35,316 bases of DNA from an uncultured Methanosarcinales archaeon (GCA_964589485.1 CAZPRK010000011.1:1-35316), one strand, 5' to 3'. Shown: positions 9,977-20,427, numbered from the stretch's first letter. Numbers and translations are program-made. Notes: generated by a model not told the origin, from the sequence alone.

Positions 9977-10050
9977 ATATTCTTTTATTATTTATTCTTT
10001 TAAATAATTTGCGGACATAGAAGTATGTATTAGAGTGAATTTAGAAATAA

Positions 10051-10179
10051 TTAACTTAAGTTAATTTTTTCATTACAAAAATGGCAAAATACAGCAGAGA
10101 AACCAGGCTTAACTAAATGTAAGTTTTCTATTTCACATGCTTTGCATTTAAATGCATCATATTTTATAACTTCTGTCAT
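10051..10179 (-). CDS. 42-aa zinc-ribbon microprotein (absent from the ORF track)
   Basis: MTEVIKYDAFKCKACEIENLHLVKPGFSAVFCHFCNEKINLS*. Two CxxC motifs; AAAGA-TTTAAATA (BRE/TATA) about 22 nt upstream on the minus strand. Confidence 0.75.
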   Translation of the reverse strand: MTEVIKYDAFKCKACEIENLHLVKPGFSAVFCHFCNEKINLS

Positions 10180-10223
10180 AAATCAAAGCGAAATAGAGTT
10201 ATATTTAAATCTTTATTACTACT

Positions 10224-11153
10224 CTATAATTTCACTAATTGTTTCCAACTAAGAAGTTTATTTTTTGCACCAATATTAGTTATTACACTTTCAGAATTCT
10301 TTTGAGCGTATCTTAATGATTCTTCTATTGATTTTTTCTTTAATATACAAGCTATAAATGTAGATCCAAATGCATCTCCTGCACCTGTAGTTTCTTTAAT
10401 ATTAATTTTATTTGGCTTAGTTGAATACATTTTATTTCCATCATATGCACAAACTTTTTTTGGTCCATCTGTAATTACTACTACCTCTGGTCCTTTTTCA
10501 TATAACTTTTTAGATAATTCTTGTAAATTTTTTCCATTAACTAACAATTTAGCTTCTTCTTTGTTTAATATTAAATACGTTGTACAATCTAAAACCTTTT
10601 TTAAAAATTTATAACCTTTTTCAGCTAAGTAACAGCTAGGGTTAAAAGCTAATTTTATTTTATTCTTTCTTGCGAATAATGCTATTTTTTCACTTTCCTT
10701 AAACGCTTTTCCACTAAATGACGTTAGGTAGATTAATTTAGTTTGTTTAAGTTTTGTTTTATTTATTTTATTAAATTTAAGTGTTTCATTTAACCCTTTG
10801 TAAGCAAAAATACTTCTATCTGTTTTATCTGCATCTATAATTAAGCTATATCCGGTATGATCACTTTTATCATGAATTAAAAGTTTAATATCTATTTTTT
10901 CTTTTTTTAATTCATTTTTGATAAACTCAGAAGTATGTCCGCAACCAATATTAATTACTGCTGATGTTTTTAATCCTAATCTAGAAAAAGAAACAGCAGT
11001 ATTAGTTCCTCCTCCTCCTGTTTTATAATTGATTGAATTTAGTAAAATTTTAGTGCCAATAGGAATTTTATAACATTTATTTTTGACGTATTTTTTACCA
11101 GTATGAATAAATACATCTAAAGTTGCGCTTCCTACACTAATTACATCATACAT
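10224..11153 (-). CDS. PfkB/ribokinase family carbohydrate kinase
   Basis: GGGGTNTAVSFSRLG, NKEEA, ITDG, ETTGAGDAFGS. Confidence 0.92.
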   Translation of the reverse strand: MYDVISVGSATLDVFIHTGKKYVKNKCYKIPIGTKILLNSINYKTGGGGTNTAVSFSRLGLKTSAVINIGCGHTSEFIKNELKKEKIDIKLLIHDKSDHTGYSLIIDADKTDRSIFAYKGLNETLKFNKINKTKLKQTKLIYLTSFSGKAFKESEKIALFARKNKIKLAFNPSCYLAEKGYKFLKKVLDCTTYLILNKEEAKLLVNGKNLQELSKKLYEKGPEVVVITDGPKKVCAYDGNKMYSTKPNKINIKETTGAGDAFGSTFIACILKKKSIEESLRYAQKNSESVITNIGAKNKLLSWKQLVKL

Positions 11154-11232
11154 TCAATAATTTTAGATTCTTCTATTTATATTCTTTTTGATATTAGGTA
11201 AGTTTTTTAAGTATTTCTGTAATATTTAAGTT

Positions 11233-11739
11233 ATGAAAAATGCTCTACTAACGTTGGGTTTAATAGCTTCACAAGCTACAACAACAGATAGAATTATTTA
11301 TCCTGCTTATGCAGAAAAAACAAGTTCAGTTTATGTTATTTCTTATATTGCTGATGAAAAATTTCCTTCTTTTATTTCAAACCAAAAACGAATTTTGGCA
11401 GAATTACAAAGTATAGAAGGGTTAGAAAAAATAGTTTTTTCAGGATTAATATTAAAAAAAGAAATGAGTATTAAGGAGTTAACACTTGTACAATCTATTT
11501 ATCATTCTTTTCCGAATGTTGAATTAGTGCCTTATAGTCGTATGGATTTGATTGAAAGTCATTTTGATAAAGATATAGTGTCAGATAAAATTGCAAAAGA
11601 CACATTTCTATTTACTTTAGGTAAATTAAATGGTTGTAGTTCTATTGCTTTACTTATACCTTATCAGCTTTTGGAAAGAATTAATGTAAATTATAGATTA
11701 AATTCAACTAGACTAGAAATAATAGATACATTAAAATAA
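11233..11739 (+). CDS. Hypothetical protein, possible N-terminal signal peptide
   Basis: 168-aa ORF filling the gap, TATA-like TTTTTAAG upstream, MKNALLTLGLIASQA start. Confidence 0.6.
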   Translation: MKNALLTLGLIASQATTTDRIIYPAYAEKTSSVYVISYIADEKFPSFISNQKRILAELQSIEGLEKIVFSGLILKKEMSIKELTLVQSIYHSFPNVELVPYSRMDLIESHFDKDIVSDKIAKDTFLFTLGKLNGCSSIALLIPYQLLERINVNYRLNSTRLEIIDTLK

Positions 11740-11755
11740 AAAAAAATAAAAAAAT

Positions 11756-12088
11756 TTATCTTTCAGCCATAGCATAAATTGCTTTAAATGCAACAACTAC
11801 TGCCGCCGGAGCAACAAATACTAAAATAAATTTTAATATGCCTTGTAAATATACACCAACTCCCGGGATTATTGTTAAATTGGCAGCACCTGCAGCCATT
11901 AACGCAATTGCAGCAATTAAAAACTCGATTGTTTCTTTAGCAGTAACATTCAAGAAACCTACAATCAATCCTAAAACTACTAAGATTAAAGTTGTTGTGT
12001 TTTCAGGCAGAAAATCTGTAATTAATGCAGCTAACAATGCAATTAATATCCCTGCCAAAAAAGAATAATGTCCTATTTTTCTATCCAT
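11756..12088 (-). CDS. Small 4-TM membrane protein
   Basis: Hydrophobic helices, GLIVGFLNVT.KE…FLIA; strong GGAGG SD. Confidence 0.8.
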   Translation of the reverse strand: MDRKIGHYSFLAGILIALLAALITDFLPENTTTLILVVLGLIVGFLNVTAKETIEFLIAAIALMAAGAANLTIIPGVGVYLQGILKFILVFVAPAAVVVAFKAIYAMAER

Positions 12089-12136
12089 AATATCTCCTCC
12101 TTTTTGAAAATTTATAGGGAATAGAGTAAAAATAAT

Positions 12137-13120
12137 TTATAAATGTTCGTATTTTTGATCTAAAATTGAATGTGCAGTATTAGAATTTGAATAAAATAAT
12201 ACTTTACTTATATCATTTCCCATTTTAGTCATAATTAAAGTTTTCATATATTCTATTTCTTTATTACTTACTCTAGCATATTTATCTGCTTGTATTAAAC
12301 CATAAGGGTAACCAAGAAAAATAGGATCAGTTGAATTATTTTTTAATTCAGATAGAACAGAATTAAAATCATTTTGTTTTGATTCAAATCTAAATATAAA
12401 ATTAGAATTTTGATGTAACTTTACTGCCATAATAATAGCTTTATGTTTTTCTAAATTAGCTTTAGCTAATGTATAAAACCATTTGCCTTTTTTTATGCTA
12501 TGCATTAATCCAAACAAATTATTTCCATTTTCCGTAAGCAATGTAGAAGATTTTGATAACCCAAATAAATTTTTATTAGAATTTAATAATGATTCTTCTC
12601 CATCATAAATGGCTTCAAGTGTGCCGTCAAAAACGATATTATTACACGAAATTTCATTAATTATTTTTCTTTCTGCTATTTTTCTAGCTATTTCTCCTAT
12701 AATTGAGATATTTCCCCTAAATACACCCTTTGTTATTCTTTTATCTGAAGAACTTATTTTTATTTCATTATCTTGTAATAATTGTTTTCCTTTAATTTGA
12801 AATATTTTAGAATTAAAATAAATTTCTTCATGTTCTTTATTTGTATATGCGAAACAGTAAAATTCGTTTATAATTTTCTCTTTTGAACTTATTGCGCATA
12901 TTCTAATAAATTGTAAACTAAAACTATTGGAATGAATTATTTCTCCATTTCCCCCATCAACGTATGCAATCTCTTCTTTTATATTATCTGGAAGTTCTTT
13001 AAAATTATTAATAGAAATTGTATTAACTTCGTATTTATTGTTAAAGCTAGGTTTATCATTTTTAATCTTTTCTTTTACTTTAATTTCTGCTAAAATTTTG
13101 TTTATAATCTCTTTTATCAC
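12137..13120 (-). CDS. nurA: NurA-family nuclease
   Basis: AYVDGGN, VFDGTL, GLSKSS, GYPYGLIQADKYARVS. Confidence 0.8.
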   Translation of the reverse strand: MIKEIINKILAEIKVKEKIKNDKPSFNNKYEVNTISINNFKELPDNIKEEIAYVDGGNGEIIHSNSFSLQFIRICAISSKEKIINEFYCFAYTNKEHEEIYFNSKIFQIKGKQLLQDNEIKISSSDKRITKGVFRGNISIIGEIARKIAERKIINEISCNNIVFDGTLEAIYDGEESLLNSNKNLFGLSKSSTLLTENGNNLFGLMHSIKKGKWFYTLAKANLEKHKAIIMAVKLHQNSNFIFRFESKQNDFNSVLSELKNNSTDPIFLGYPYGLIQADKYARVSNKEIEYMKTLIMTKMGNDISKVLFYSNSNTAHSILDQKYEHL

Positions 13121-13204
13121 ATTATTTCAAAAAATACTAAGGTTTATATGGTTTTTTATACTCTAAACCAAACTTTTTTAAATATAATACTAAATGTGAA
13201 GTGG

Positions 13205-15409
13205 ATGGTTGAATTAATTATAGCTGAGAAACCTAAAGCTGCACAAAAAATAGCTGAAGCTTTGGCGGATGGAAAAGCAATAAAAGAAAACATTTCAGGA
13301 GTACCTTATTATAAAGTAACGCATGGAAATAAAGATATTTTGGTTGGTTGTGCAGTTGGACATTTATTTGGTTTAAAACAAAAAAATGCAAAATCGGTTT
13401 TACCTGAATTTGATATAGAATGGGTTCCTTCTTCTGAAGTTAATAAAAAATCAGATTTTTCTAAAAAATATGTAACTGCATTAAGAAAGTTAGCTAAGCA
13501 AGCTAATGAATTTACAGTGGCGGCAGATTATGATGTCGAAGGTGAAGTTATAGGGTTAAATGTTATAAGGTATATTTGTAAAAAAAAAGATGCAAATAGA
13601 ATGAAATTCTCAACTTTAACAAAACCAGATATAATTAATGCTTATAAAAATAAGTCTAAACATTTAGATTGGGGACAAGCTAATGCTGGAGAGACTAGAC
13701 ATAAATTAGATTGGTTTTATGGAATAAATACTTCAAGAGCTTTAACTAACGCAATAAGAAGTACTGGTATTTTTAAAATAATGTCTTCAGGGAGAGTACA
13801 AGGTCCTGCTTTAAAGTTAGTTGTAGATAAAGAAAAAGAAATTCAAGCCTTTAAACCAACACCTTTTTGGCAAATTGAATTAAATGGTAAGGCAAAAACT
13901 ACACCAATAACTGCATGGCATAAAACTGACAAATTTCTAGATAAGAAGGAAGCAGATAAAGTTTATAAAAAAGTAAAAGATGAGAAAAAAGCAACAGTAG
14001 TATCAACAAAAACTTCTGAGACGAAACAACAACCTCCTTTTCCTTTTGATTTAACAAGTTTACAATTAGAAGCTCATAAATGTTTAGGTATAGCTCCAAA
14101 ACAAACTTTATCACTTTCTCAAGAACTTTATACTAATGGATGTATTTCTTATCCGAGAACTTCAAGTCAACAATTACCTAAAGAAATAGGGTATGAAAAA
14201 ATACTTAAAGAGTTAAGTAAACAAAAAAATTACATTAAAGAAAGTGCATTCCTTCTTGCTAAGAAAGAATTAAAACCAAATAATGGAAAGAAAGTTGATG
14301 CTGCCCATCCTGCTATTTATCCAACAGGAATTGTTCCAAAAACAGATGATTCTAGGGAATTAAAATTATATGATTTAATTGTAAGGCGTTTCTTATCTAC
14401 ATTTGGAGATATAGCGGTAAGAGAAACTATTACGGTTACACTTGATTGTAAAAAGGAACCATTTATTTTGAAAGGAACTAGAACAAAAGAAAAAGGATGG
14501 CATGAGTTATATGGGAAATATGTAATGCTTAAGGAAGAAGAATTGCCAAAGTTAGAAAGTAAAGATGAAGTAAATGTTAAAAAAATAGATTTACATTCAA
14601 AAGAAACTTCTCCTCCTAAAAGGTTTACTGAAGCTAGCATTATTAAAGAATTAGAAAAAAGAAACTTGGGAACTAAAGCAACTAGAGCTAGTATTGTTGA
14701 TACTCTTTTTAATCGTCAATATATTGCAGGAAAACCAATACAAGCTACAGAGTTAGGAATTAAAACTTTAAACACTTTAGAAAAATATAATCCTAAAATT
14801 GTTGATGATGAATTAACAAGGAGTTTTGAAGATAGTATGGAACATATTAATGAAGGAAAGATTAAACCTGAAGAAGTTCTTGATAAAGCAAAAAAAACTG
14901 TAACTCATATTATTAATGATTTTAAAAAACATAGTAAGGAAGTAGGTAATGAATTAAAGCAAGCTGAATTTAAAACTATATCTGCAGCAACTTATTTAGG
15001 AAAATGTCCTAAATGTAAAGAAGGTGAATTACATTCACGAAAAGGAAAATTTGGAAGTTTTGCAGCATGTGATAAGTATCCTGATTGCAAGACAACTTTT
15101 TCTTTACCAAATAAAGGGAAGTTTAAAGCAACTGATAAAGAATGTGAAGAATGTAAATATCCTTTACTAAAGTCAGTTGGAAGAATGTCGCGTGAAATGT
15201 GTATTAACACTGATTGTCCTAGCAAAAATATCCATGATAAGGCTGTTGCCAAGGAAGTAGCTAAAGTAGAATCAGGAAAAATTGAAAAACCATGCGATAA
15301 GTGTAAGAAAGGGCATTTAGTTTTAAGACAAAGTATTTATGGTAAGTTTTATGGATGTAGTTCTTACCCTAAATGTAAAAATACTGAAAAAATAATAGAT
15401 AAAAAATGA
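13205..15409 (+). CDS. topA: DNA topoisomerase I (type IA) with C-terminal zinc ribbons
   Basis: LIIAEKP, DYDVEGE, SSGRVQGP, catalytic ISYPRT, GTKATR, C4 Zn ribbons. Start moved to ATG 13205, downstream of TTTAAATA at 13177. Confidence 0.97.
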   Translation: MVELIIAEKPKAAQKIAEALADGKAIKENISGVPYYKVTHGNKDILVGCAVGHLFGLKQKNAKSVLPEFDIEWVPSSEVNKKSDFSKKYVTALRKLAKQANEFTVAADYDVEGEVIGLNVIRYICKKKDANRMKFSTLTKPDIINAYKNKSKHLDWGQANAGETRHKLDWFYGINTSRALTNAIRSTGIFKIMSSGRVQGPALKLVVDKEKEIQAFKPTPFWQIELNGKAKTTPITAWHKTDKFLDKKEADKVYKKVKDEKKATVVSTKTSETKQQPPFPFDLTSLQLEAHKCLGIAPKQTLSLSQELYTNGCISYPRTSSQQLPKEIGYEKILKELSKQKNYIKESAFLLAKKELKPNNGKKVDAAHPAIYPTGIVPKTDDSRELKLYDLIVRRFLSTFGDIAVRETITVTLDCKKEPFILKGTRTKEKGWHELYGKYVMLKEEELPKLESKDEVNVKKIDLHSKETSPPKRFTEASIIKELEKRNLGTKATRASIVDTLFNRQYIAGKPIQATELGIKTLNTLEKYNPKIVDDELTRSFEDSMEHINEGKIKPEEVLDKAKKTVTHIINDFKKHSKEVGNELKQAEFKTISAATYLGKCPKCKEGELHSRKGKFGSFAACDKYPDCKTTFSLPNKGKFKATDKECEECKYPLLKSVGRMSREMCINTDCPSKNIHDKAVAKEVAKVESGKIEKPCDKCKKGHLVLRQSIYGKFYGCSSYPKCKNTEKIIDKK

Positions 15410-15621
15410 AAATTTATAGATTTAATTTATTATGGTTATTCTTATTATTTATTATATTTATTGTAGTATTTGGATTTTTAGCATTATTTAAGTTATTTTT
15501 ATTTTTCTTATTGCTTTTATTTGTTATTTTACCTTTATTGATTTACATTTCTTTTAGGTTTATTTTTAAAAAGAAAAAAACTAAAAATCTTATTGATATT
15601 GAAGCAAAAAGAAGAGATTAA
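15406..15621 (+). CDS. Small membrane protein
   Basis: ATGA overlap with topA, long hydrophobic stretch, basic tail ending IDIEAK. Confidence 0.65.
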   Translation: MKIYRFNLLWLFLLFIIFIVVFGFLALFKLFLFFLLLLFVILPLLIYISFRFIFKKKKTKNLIDIEAKRRD

Positions 15622-16793
15622 TAAAATTCTAATTTAGTAACTTTTTTAATTTTATTTTTGATATGTTTTTCTTTTAATAAGTTCATAATTAATTTATCGA
15701 TTGTAATAAACTTTCTTTTTACTTTAGCATAAATATTATCTTTATCTAAAGAAATTTCTTTATGTTTATCTATAAATTTAAAAAAATCTTCATTATTTGC
15801 GTATATTTTTGGTCCTGGTTGTTTTTTATATTTTGGTAAATTGTTAGGCCAAGTCATAAACCAAATAATAATTTCATCATCCCAATTAAAACCAGAATCA
15901 AATATTTTAAAATCATTCAATTCAATTTGAGTACTAATTGTATTAATAAATTTAATAATTTTGCTTCCAATTATATCATTTTTTCCAGTTAAAGGTTTTA
16001 CTTGAATTATTGTAAGGTTAAATCCATCTTTTGTTTCTTTAATTAAATCTTTTTTATTAAATTTTGATTTTTGAAAAAAAGAGTCATCTGGACTTTCTAG
16101 ATATAGCTTAGATAGTAGTATAAATTTACTGAATTGTTCTAGGGATAATGCAGCAGATGCATTTCTATCATCTTGCACAGGGTCTATCGTAATTAAAGGT
16201 CCAAATGTTTTAGATGAATTTAAACTTTCGATTGCATTAGAGTGTTTTTTATTTATGTCTAATATTTGTTTAACTTCCCATTTTGAAGCTGCTTTTAATA
16301 AATTTTCAAAGCCTTTATAATAAATTACTAATATTTCTAATACATATCCTGAGAATCCGTTAATGTGACTTTCAGCTCCATATAACTCATTAGCTTTACA
16401 AAATAATTTTGCTTTTCTAATTTCATTTGCAAAATTTTTAATGTTATTTCTGACCCAATCTACATGAAATGGACTCATGTCTGTTACATTTACAATATTT
16501 TTTGGATCTTTTACATCTAGAACTGGAATAATTTCATATTCTATTTTCCTTTTAAATTGAAAGTAATCTCTACTTCCGTGGACTCTTGTTGGTTTAAATT
16601 GTTTTATTGCTTTTTCTGTTAAATCGGATAAATTTTTGTTTTTGTAAGAAATATCAAATATTACAAATATATCGCAATCAAAGTCATCAAGGTAAGTATT
16701 TTTAGCATAACTTCCGCCTAATTTCGCAATAGCTTTAATTTTATGACTATCTAAAGATACTTGAACTTTTTTTAATACTTCTTCTGGTTTCAT
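15618..16793 (-). CDS. cca: CCA-adding enzyme, archaeal class I
   Basis: GGSYAKNTYL..DCDIF, YGAE..INGFSGY..E, IDPVQDDRNASAALS, GP motif. Confidence 0.93.
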   Translation of the reverse strand: MKPEEVLKKVQVSLDSHKIKAIAKLGGSYAKNTYLDDFDCDIFVIFDISYKNKNLSDLTEKAIKQFKPTRVHGSRDYFQFKRKIEYEIIPVLDVKDPKNIVNVTDMSPFHVDWVRNNIKNFANEIRKAKLFCKANELYGAESHINGFSGYVLEILVIYYKGFENLLKAASKWEVKQILDINKKHSNAIESLNSSKTFGPLITIDPVQDDRNASAALSLEQFSKFILLSKLYLESPDDSFFQKSKFNKKDLIKETKDGFNLTIIQVKPLTGKNDIIGSKIIKFINTISTQIELNDFKIFDSGFNWDDEIIIWFMTWPNNLPKYKKQPGPKIYANNEDFFKFIDKHKEISLDKDNIYAKVKRKFITIDKLIMNLLKEKHIKNKIKKVTKLEFY

Positions 16794-16794
16794 T

Positions 16795-17367
16795 TTAACA
16801 GTTTAATTCATTATCTCCTGAATCTGAACATAATATAAATCCTCCGCCTACAGAATAACTATTTATTGAAGGCGTATTGAACTTTTTTCTGCAACATATT
16901 TCTCTTGCAGAAAATGCAGATAATTTATCGTATTCTATTTTTTTATTTTTTAATTCTGCTTTAGTAGTATTAATTTCAATTAATAATTTAGTTTTTTCTA
17001 ATTGATGTACTTTTTCCATAAACAATTTTTCTTGTTCGAAATTATTTTTAGTGTTATTTTGTTCTATTGAACACTCATTTGTTTTTGTTTCACATTCAAC
17101 CAATTCTTTACTTAAATTATTAGACGTTTGAGCTTGAATGTCGATTAATTCTTTATATGTTTCTGATTTAGTTTCGGCTTCATCCAATTTAGAATTAAGA
17201 TCTTCCATATCTTGAGTAAATACTTCAATTGAAGTATTTCTTTTTTCTATTTGTTGGTATACTCCATATCCTGATATTGTTGGTTTAATTAGGTAAAAGT
17301 AAAATATACTTAATAAAATAATTCCTACTATGATTTTGATTCTATTTTTTATTATGAAATCTTTCAT
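16795..17367 (-). CDS. Membrane-anchored coiled-coil protein with Cys-rich C-terminus
   Basis: N-terminal TM followed by ISGY, heptad region, ICCRKK…ILC…LNC. Confidence 0.75.
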   Translation of the reverse strand: MKDFIIKNRIKIIVGIILLSIFYFYLIKPTISGYGVYQQIEKRNTSIEVFTQDMEDLNSKLDEAETKSETYKELIDIQAQTSNNLSKELVECETKTNECSIEQNNTKNNFEQEKLFMEKVHQLEKTKLLIEINTTKAELKNKKIEYDKLSAFSAREICCRKKFNTPSINSYSVGGGFILCSDSGDNELNC

Positions 17368-17464
17368 TTGTTTATATATGACGCTTATTAGTTATTAAAC
17401 TTTTCTAATTTAAGGGATAAGTTTAAATATTGCTTTGTCCAGTAAAATATAAAAAGAGGTAAAA

Positions 17465-18640
17465 ATGGGAGATCCGTTATTATATTTAACTTATTTTACA
17501 GCTATCGTTGTAATTGGACTTTTGACGTCTATAATTGCAAATAAAATTAAATTACCTAATGTATTGCTATTAGTAATTGCAGGAATTATTTTAGGTAATG
17601 TAAAGGTCAATTCTGTTCCATTGATTGACTTCCCTGTTGGGTTTACTGGAAGTATTGCTATATTGGCTTTAGTTATGATTGTTTTTGATTCAACTTCAAG
17701 GTTAAGTTTTAAGTCTTTTGACACTTTTTCAGCAAGAGCTTTAGAATTAACTGGAACTTTTTTATTTTTAAATTTAATTGTAATTACAATTGCACTTAAA
17801 GTTTTATATGGAACAAAAATTATTTTAGGTCTTTTATTTGCAGCTTTAATGTCTGGGACTGCTCCAGATGTAGTTTTAAGTTTAGTTGAAGGTTCTAAGA
17901 ATAGAGTTTTAGAATTCTTAAAGATTGAATCTATATTGAATACTCCAGTAATTGTAGTTATACCTTTTATGTTATTAGAATTAGTTAAAGTTGAAGCTTA
18001 TAATTTAAGTATTTTTGCAACTTATTTGAAACCTTTTTTATTACAAATTGTTGCAGGTGCAGGAACAGGTTTAATTTTATCAATTATAGTTTTTAAAGTT
18101 ATGAGGAAATATTATTCAGAAAATTTAAGTCCATTAGCAATAATTTCAACTTCTTTATTATCTTATACTCTTGCTGAGAATTTAGGAGGAAATGGAGTTT
18201 TAAGTGTTACTGTTGCTGGTTTAATTTTTGCTAACGTTACAATTAAGGGGAAAGTTGCTCTTTTGGAATTTTCAAAATTGTTTTCTATAATATTAGAAAT
18301 TTTAGTTTTTGTTTTTGTTGGTTTATTAATTAAATTTCCATTTGAATTAACATTTGTGTTAAAATCATTAATTTTATTTGTAATTTATTTATTTGTTAGG
18401 TTTATTTCAGTATCAATGACACAAAAAGAATCTCTACTTAGAGAAAAGATATTTATGACCTTAAATATGCCAAAAGGTATAGCAATGGCTGTAATTGTTA
18501 CTTTATTATTTAATTTAAATTTGGAAGGATTAAAACCAATTTTAGACTTAGCTTTGTTATTTTTACTGTATACTATGGTTTGTTCTACTGTCGTCATTAA
18601 ATTTAGTCGATATTTCTTAAATACTGAGGTTATAAAATAG
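17465..18640 (+). CDS. Cation:proton antiporter (CPA1/NhaP-like)
   Basis: Many TM helices, GTAP, LKIESILNTP, GGNGVLSV, PKGIA; GAGGT SD. Confidence 0.88.
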   Translation: MGDPLLYLTYFTAIVVIGLLTSIIANKIKLPNVLLLVIAGIILGNVKVNSVPLIDFPVGFTGSIAILALVMIVFDSTSRLSFKSFDTFSARALELTGTFLFLNLIVITIALKVLYGTKIILGLLFAALMSGTAPDVVLSLVEGSKNRVLEFLKIESILNTPVIVVIPFMLLELVKVEAYNLSIFATYLKPFLLQIVAGAGTGLILSIIVFKVMRKYYSENLSPLAIISTSLLSYTLAENLGGNGVLSVTVAGLIFANVTIKGKVALLEFSKLFSIILEILVFVFVGLLIKFPFELTFVLKSLILFVIYLFVRFISVSMTQKESLLREKIFMTLNMPKGIAMAVIVTLLFNLNLEGLKPILDLALLFLLYTMVCSTVVIKFSRYFLNTEVIK

Positions 18641-18694
18641 ATATAATTATCCAAAACATTTATAAAGACTTTATTAATTCTTCTAATTCTGTTA

Positions 18695-19069
18695 ATGAAA
18701 GTCATATTAGATACAAATTTCCTTATAATCCCATATACAATGGGTATTGACATATTCTCTGAATTGGAGAGAATTTGTGGTGTTTGTGACCTTTACATTG
18801 TCGATAAAACAATGGATGAATTAACAAACATTATAAATACACAAAAGGGAAAGGATAGGGATGCGGCAAAAATAGCATTATCACTTATCGAAAATAAGGG
18901 TATTATTTCATTAAAAACAGAAAAAAACAAAATCGTGGATGACTTGATAGTAGATATTGCTGAAAATGGTGAATTTATTGTTGCAACAAATGATAAAGAG
19001 CTAAGAAATAGGCTGAAATGCAAAACTATTATCTTAAAGTCAAAAAAATTCCTTGATTTTGGAGGGTAA
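18695..19069 (+). CDS. PIN-domain ribonuclease (Fcf1/Utp24-like)
   Basis: VILDTNFL, VDD, VATNDKELR; usual position upstream of rpo7. Confidence 0.9.
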   Translation: MKVILDTNFLIIPYTMGIDIFSELERICGVCDLYIVDKTMDELTNIINTQKGKDRDAAKIALSLIENKGIISLKTEKNKIVDDLIVDIAENGEFIVATNDKELRNRLKCKTIILKSKKFLDFGG

Positions 19070-19070
19070 A

Positions 19071-19619
19071 ATGTTTTATAGAGCAGAAGTAAAAGATTAT
19101 ATAAGGGTTCCACCTGAGTTATTTGGTTTAACTAAGGAAGAAGCAGTAATCAAGAGAATTAAAAAAGATTACGAAGGTTATATTTCAAAAGATTTAGGAG
19201 TAGTTATTGATATTGATAAAATTCAAGATATTAAGGAAGGTGTAATTATTCCAGGAGATGGTTCAGCTTATTATGAAACAACATTTGAACTTTTAACATT
19301 TAGACCTGAACTTCAAGAAGTTATGCTTGGTAAAATTAAAGATATTGCAGATTTTGGAGCTTTTATTTCATTAGGTCCAATCGAAGGAATGATTCACGTT
19401 TCACAAACAATGGATGATTTTGTAAGTTTTTCAAAGGAACAAGTTTTACTTGGAAAAGAAAGTAAAAAAAGTTTAAAAGTTGGAGACTTATGTAAAGCAA
19501 GGTTAATTGCAATAAGTTATAAGGATATAACAAATCCTAAGTTAGGTTTGACAATGAGACAATCCGGTTTAGGGAAATTAGAATGGATCGAAGATGATCT
19601 GAATAAAAAAAAGAAGTGA
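19071..19619 (+). CDS. rpoE1: RNA polymerase subunit E' (Rpo7)
   Basis: IRVPP, IPGDG, FGAFISLGPIEGMIHVSQ, LTMRQSGLGKLEW. Start at ATG 19071 after GGAGG. Confidence 0.96.
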   Translation: MFYRAEVKDYIRVPPELFGLTKEEAVIKRIKKDYEGYISKDLGVVIDIDKIQDIKEGVIIPGDGSAYYETTFELLTFRPELQEVMLGKIKDIADFGAFISLGPIEGMIHVSQTMDDFVSFSKEQVLLGKESKKSLKVGDLCKARLIAISYKDITNPKLGLTMRQSGLGKLEWIEDDLNKKKK

Positions 19620-19625
19620 TTTAAA

Positions 19626-19814
19626 ATGTCAAAGAAAAAAGTCTGTAAAAAATGTAAACTTTTTGTGGAAGGTCAAGATTGTCCTGCATGTAAGGGTCAA
19701 CAGTTTTCAACATCTTGGCAAGGAAGAATTAATATATTAAGTGCAGAAAAATCAGAAATTGCAGAAAAAATGGGTGTTCAAGTAAAAGGCGAATATGCTA
19801 TCAAGGTTAGGTGA
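19626..19814 (+). CDS. spt4: Transcription elongation factor Spt4 (RpoE'')
   Basis: CKKC…CPAC, WQG, SEIA, GEYAIKVR. Confidence 0.96.
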   Translation: MSKKKVCKKCKLFVEGQDCPACKGQQFSTSWQGRINILSAEKSEIAEKMGVQVKGEYAIKVR

Positions 19815-19820
19815 ATTATA

Positions 19821-20425
19821 ATGCAAATGAATATTTTAAAAGAAAAAGAAACTCCATTATTATCCAGAAAAAGGATTACTTTAGAAATTGATTATGATGG
19901 AAGTACGCCATCTTCTGAGCAAATTGTATCTGAATTATCAAAAAAAGCAAGTGTTGAAGAAAAATTAGTAGAGTTAAGACATATTTATAATAAATTTGGT
20001 AAGTCTAAAGCAAAAGTTATTGCACATGTATATAATGATGCTAATGCGATGTCTAAAATAATTAAATTAGGAAAAAAGGCAAAAGAAAAACTAGCTAAAA
20101 CTGAAGAAGATAAAAAGAAAGTTGAAGAATCTAAAGTTGAAGAGCCTGCTAAGGAAGAAGCTAAGCCCGAGGAAGAATCTAAAGTTGAAGAGCCTGCTAA
20201 GGAAGAANNNNNNNNNNNNNNNNNNNNNNNNNNNNNNNNNNNNNNNNNNNNNNNNNNNNNNNNNNNNNNNNNNNNNNNNNNNNNNNNNNNNNNNNNNNNN
20301 NNNNNNNGGAAGAAGCTAAGCCCGAGGAAGAATCTAAAGTTGAAGAGCCTGCTAAGGAAGAAGCTAAGCCCGAGGAAGAATCTAAAGTTGAAGAGCCTGC
20401 TAAGGAAGAAACTAAAGGTGAATAA
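19821..20425 (+). CDS. rps24e: 30S ribosomal protein S24e with repetitive acidic tail; spans an assembly gap
   Basis: PLLSRK, STPS, FG…AHVY. After the N-gap the repeat frame ends …PAKEETKGE* (TAA 20423-20425). Confidence 0.9.
20124..20410 (+). repeat. 48-bp coding tandem repeat ([16 protein letters not shown]), interrupted by a 100-N gap
   Basis: gaagaatctaaagttgaagagcctgctaaggaagaagctaagcccgag, identical on both sides of the gap. Confidence 0.95.
20208..20307. other. Scaffold gap (100 N)
   Basis: Run of N inside the tandem repeat. Confidence 0.99.
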
Positions 20426-20427
20426 GG

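Noticed and set aside
20124..20410. CRISPR or mobile repeat; ORFs 20122..20319 and 20197..20478
   Set aside because: In-frame coding tandem repeat with no unique spacers; the extra ORFs arise from the N-gap and repeat.
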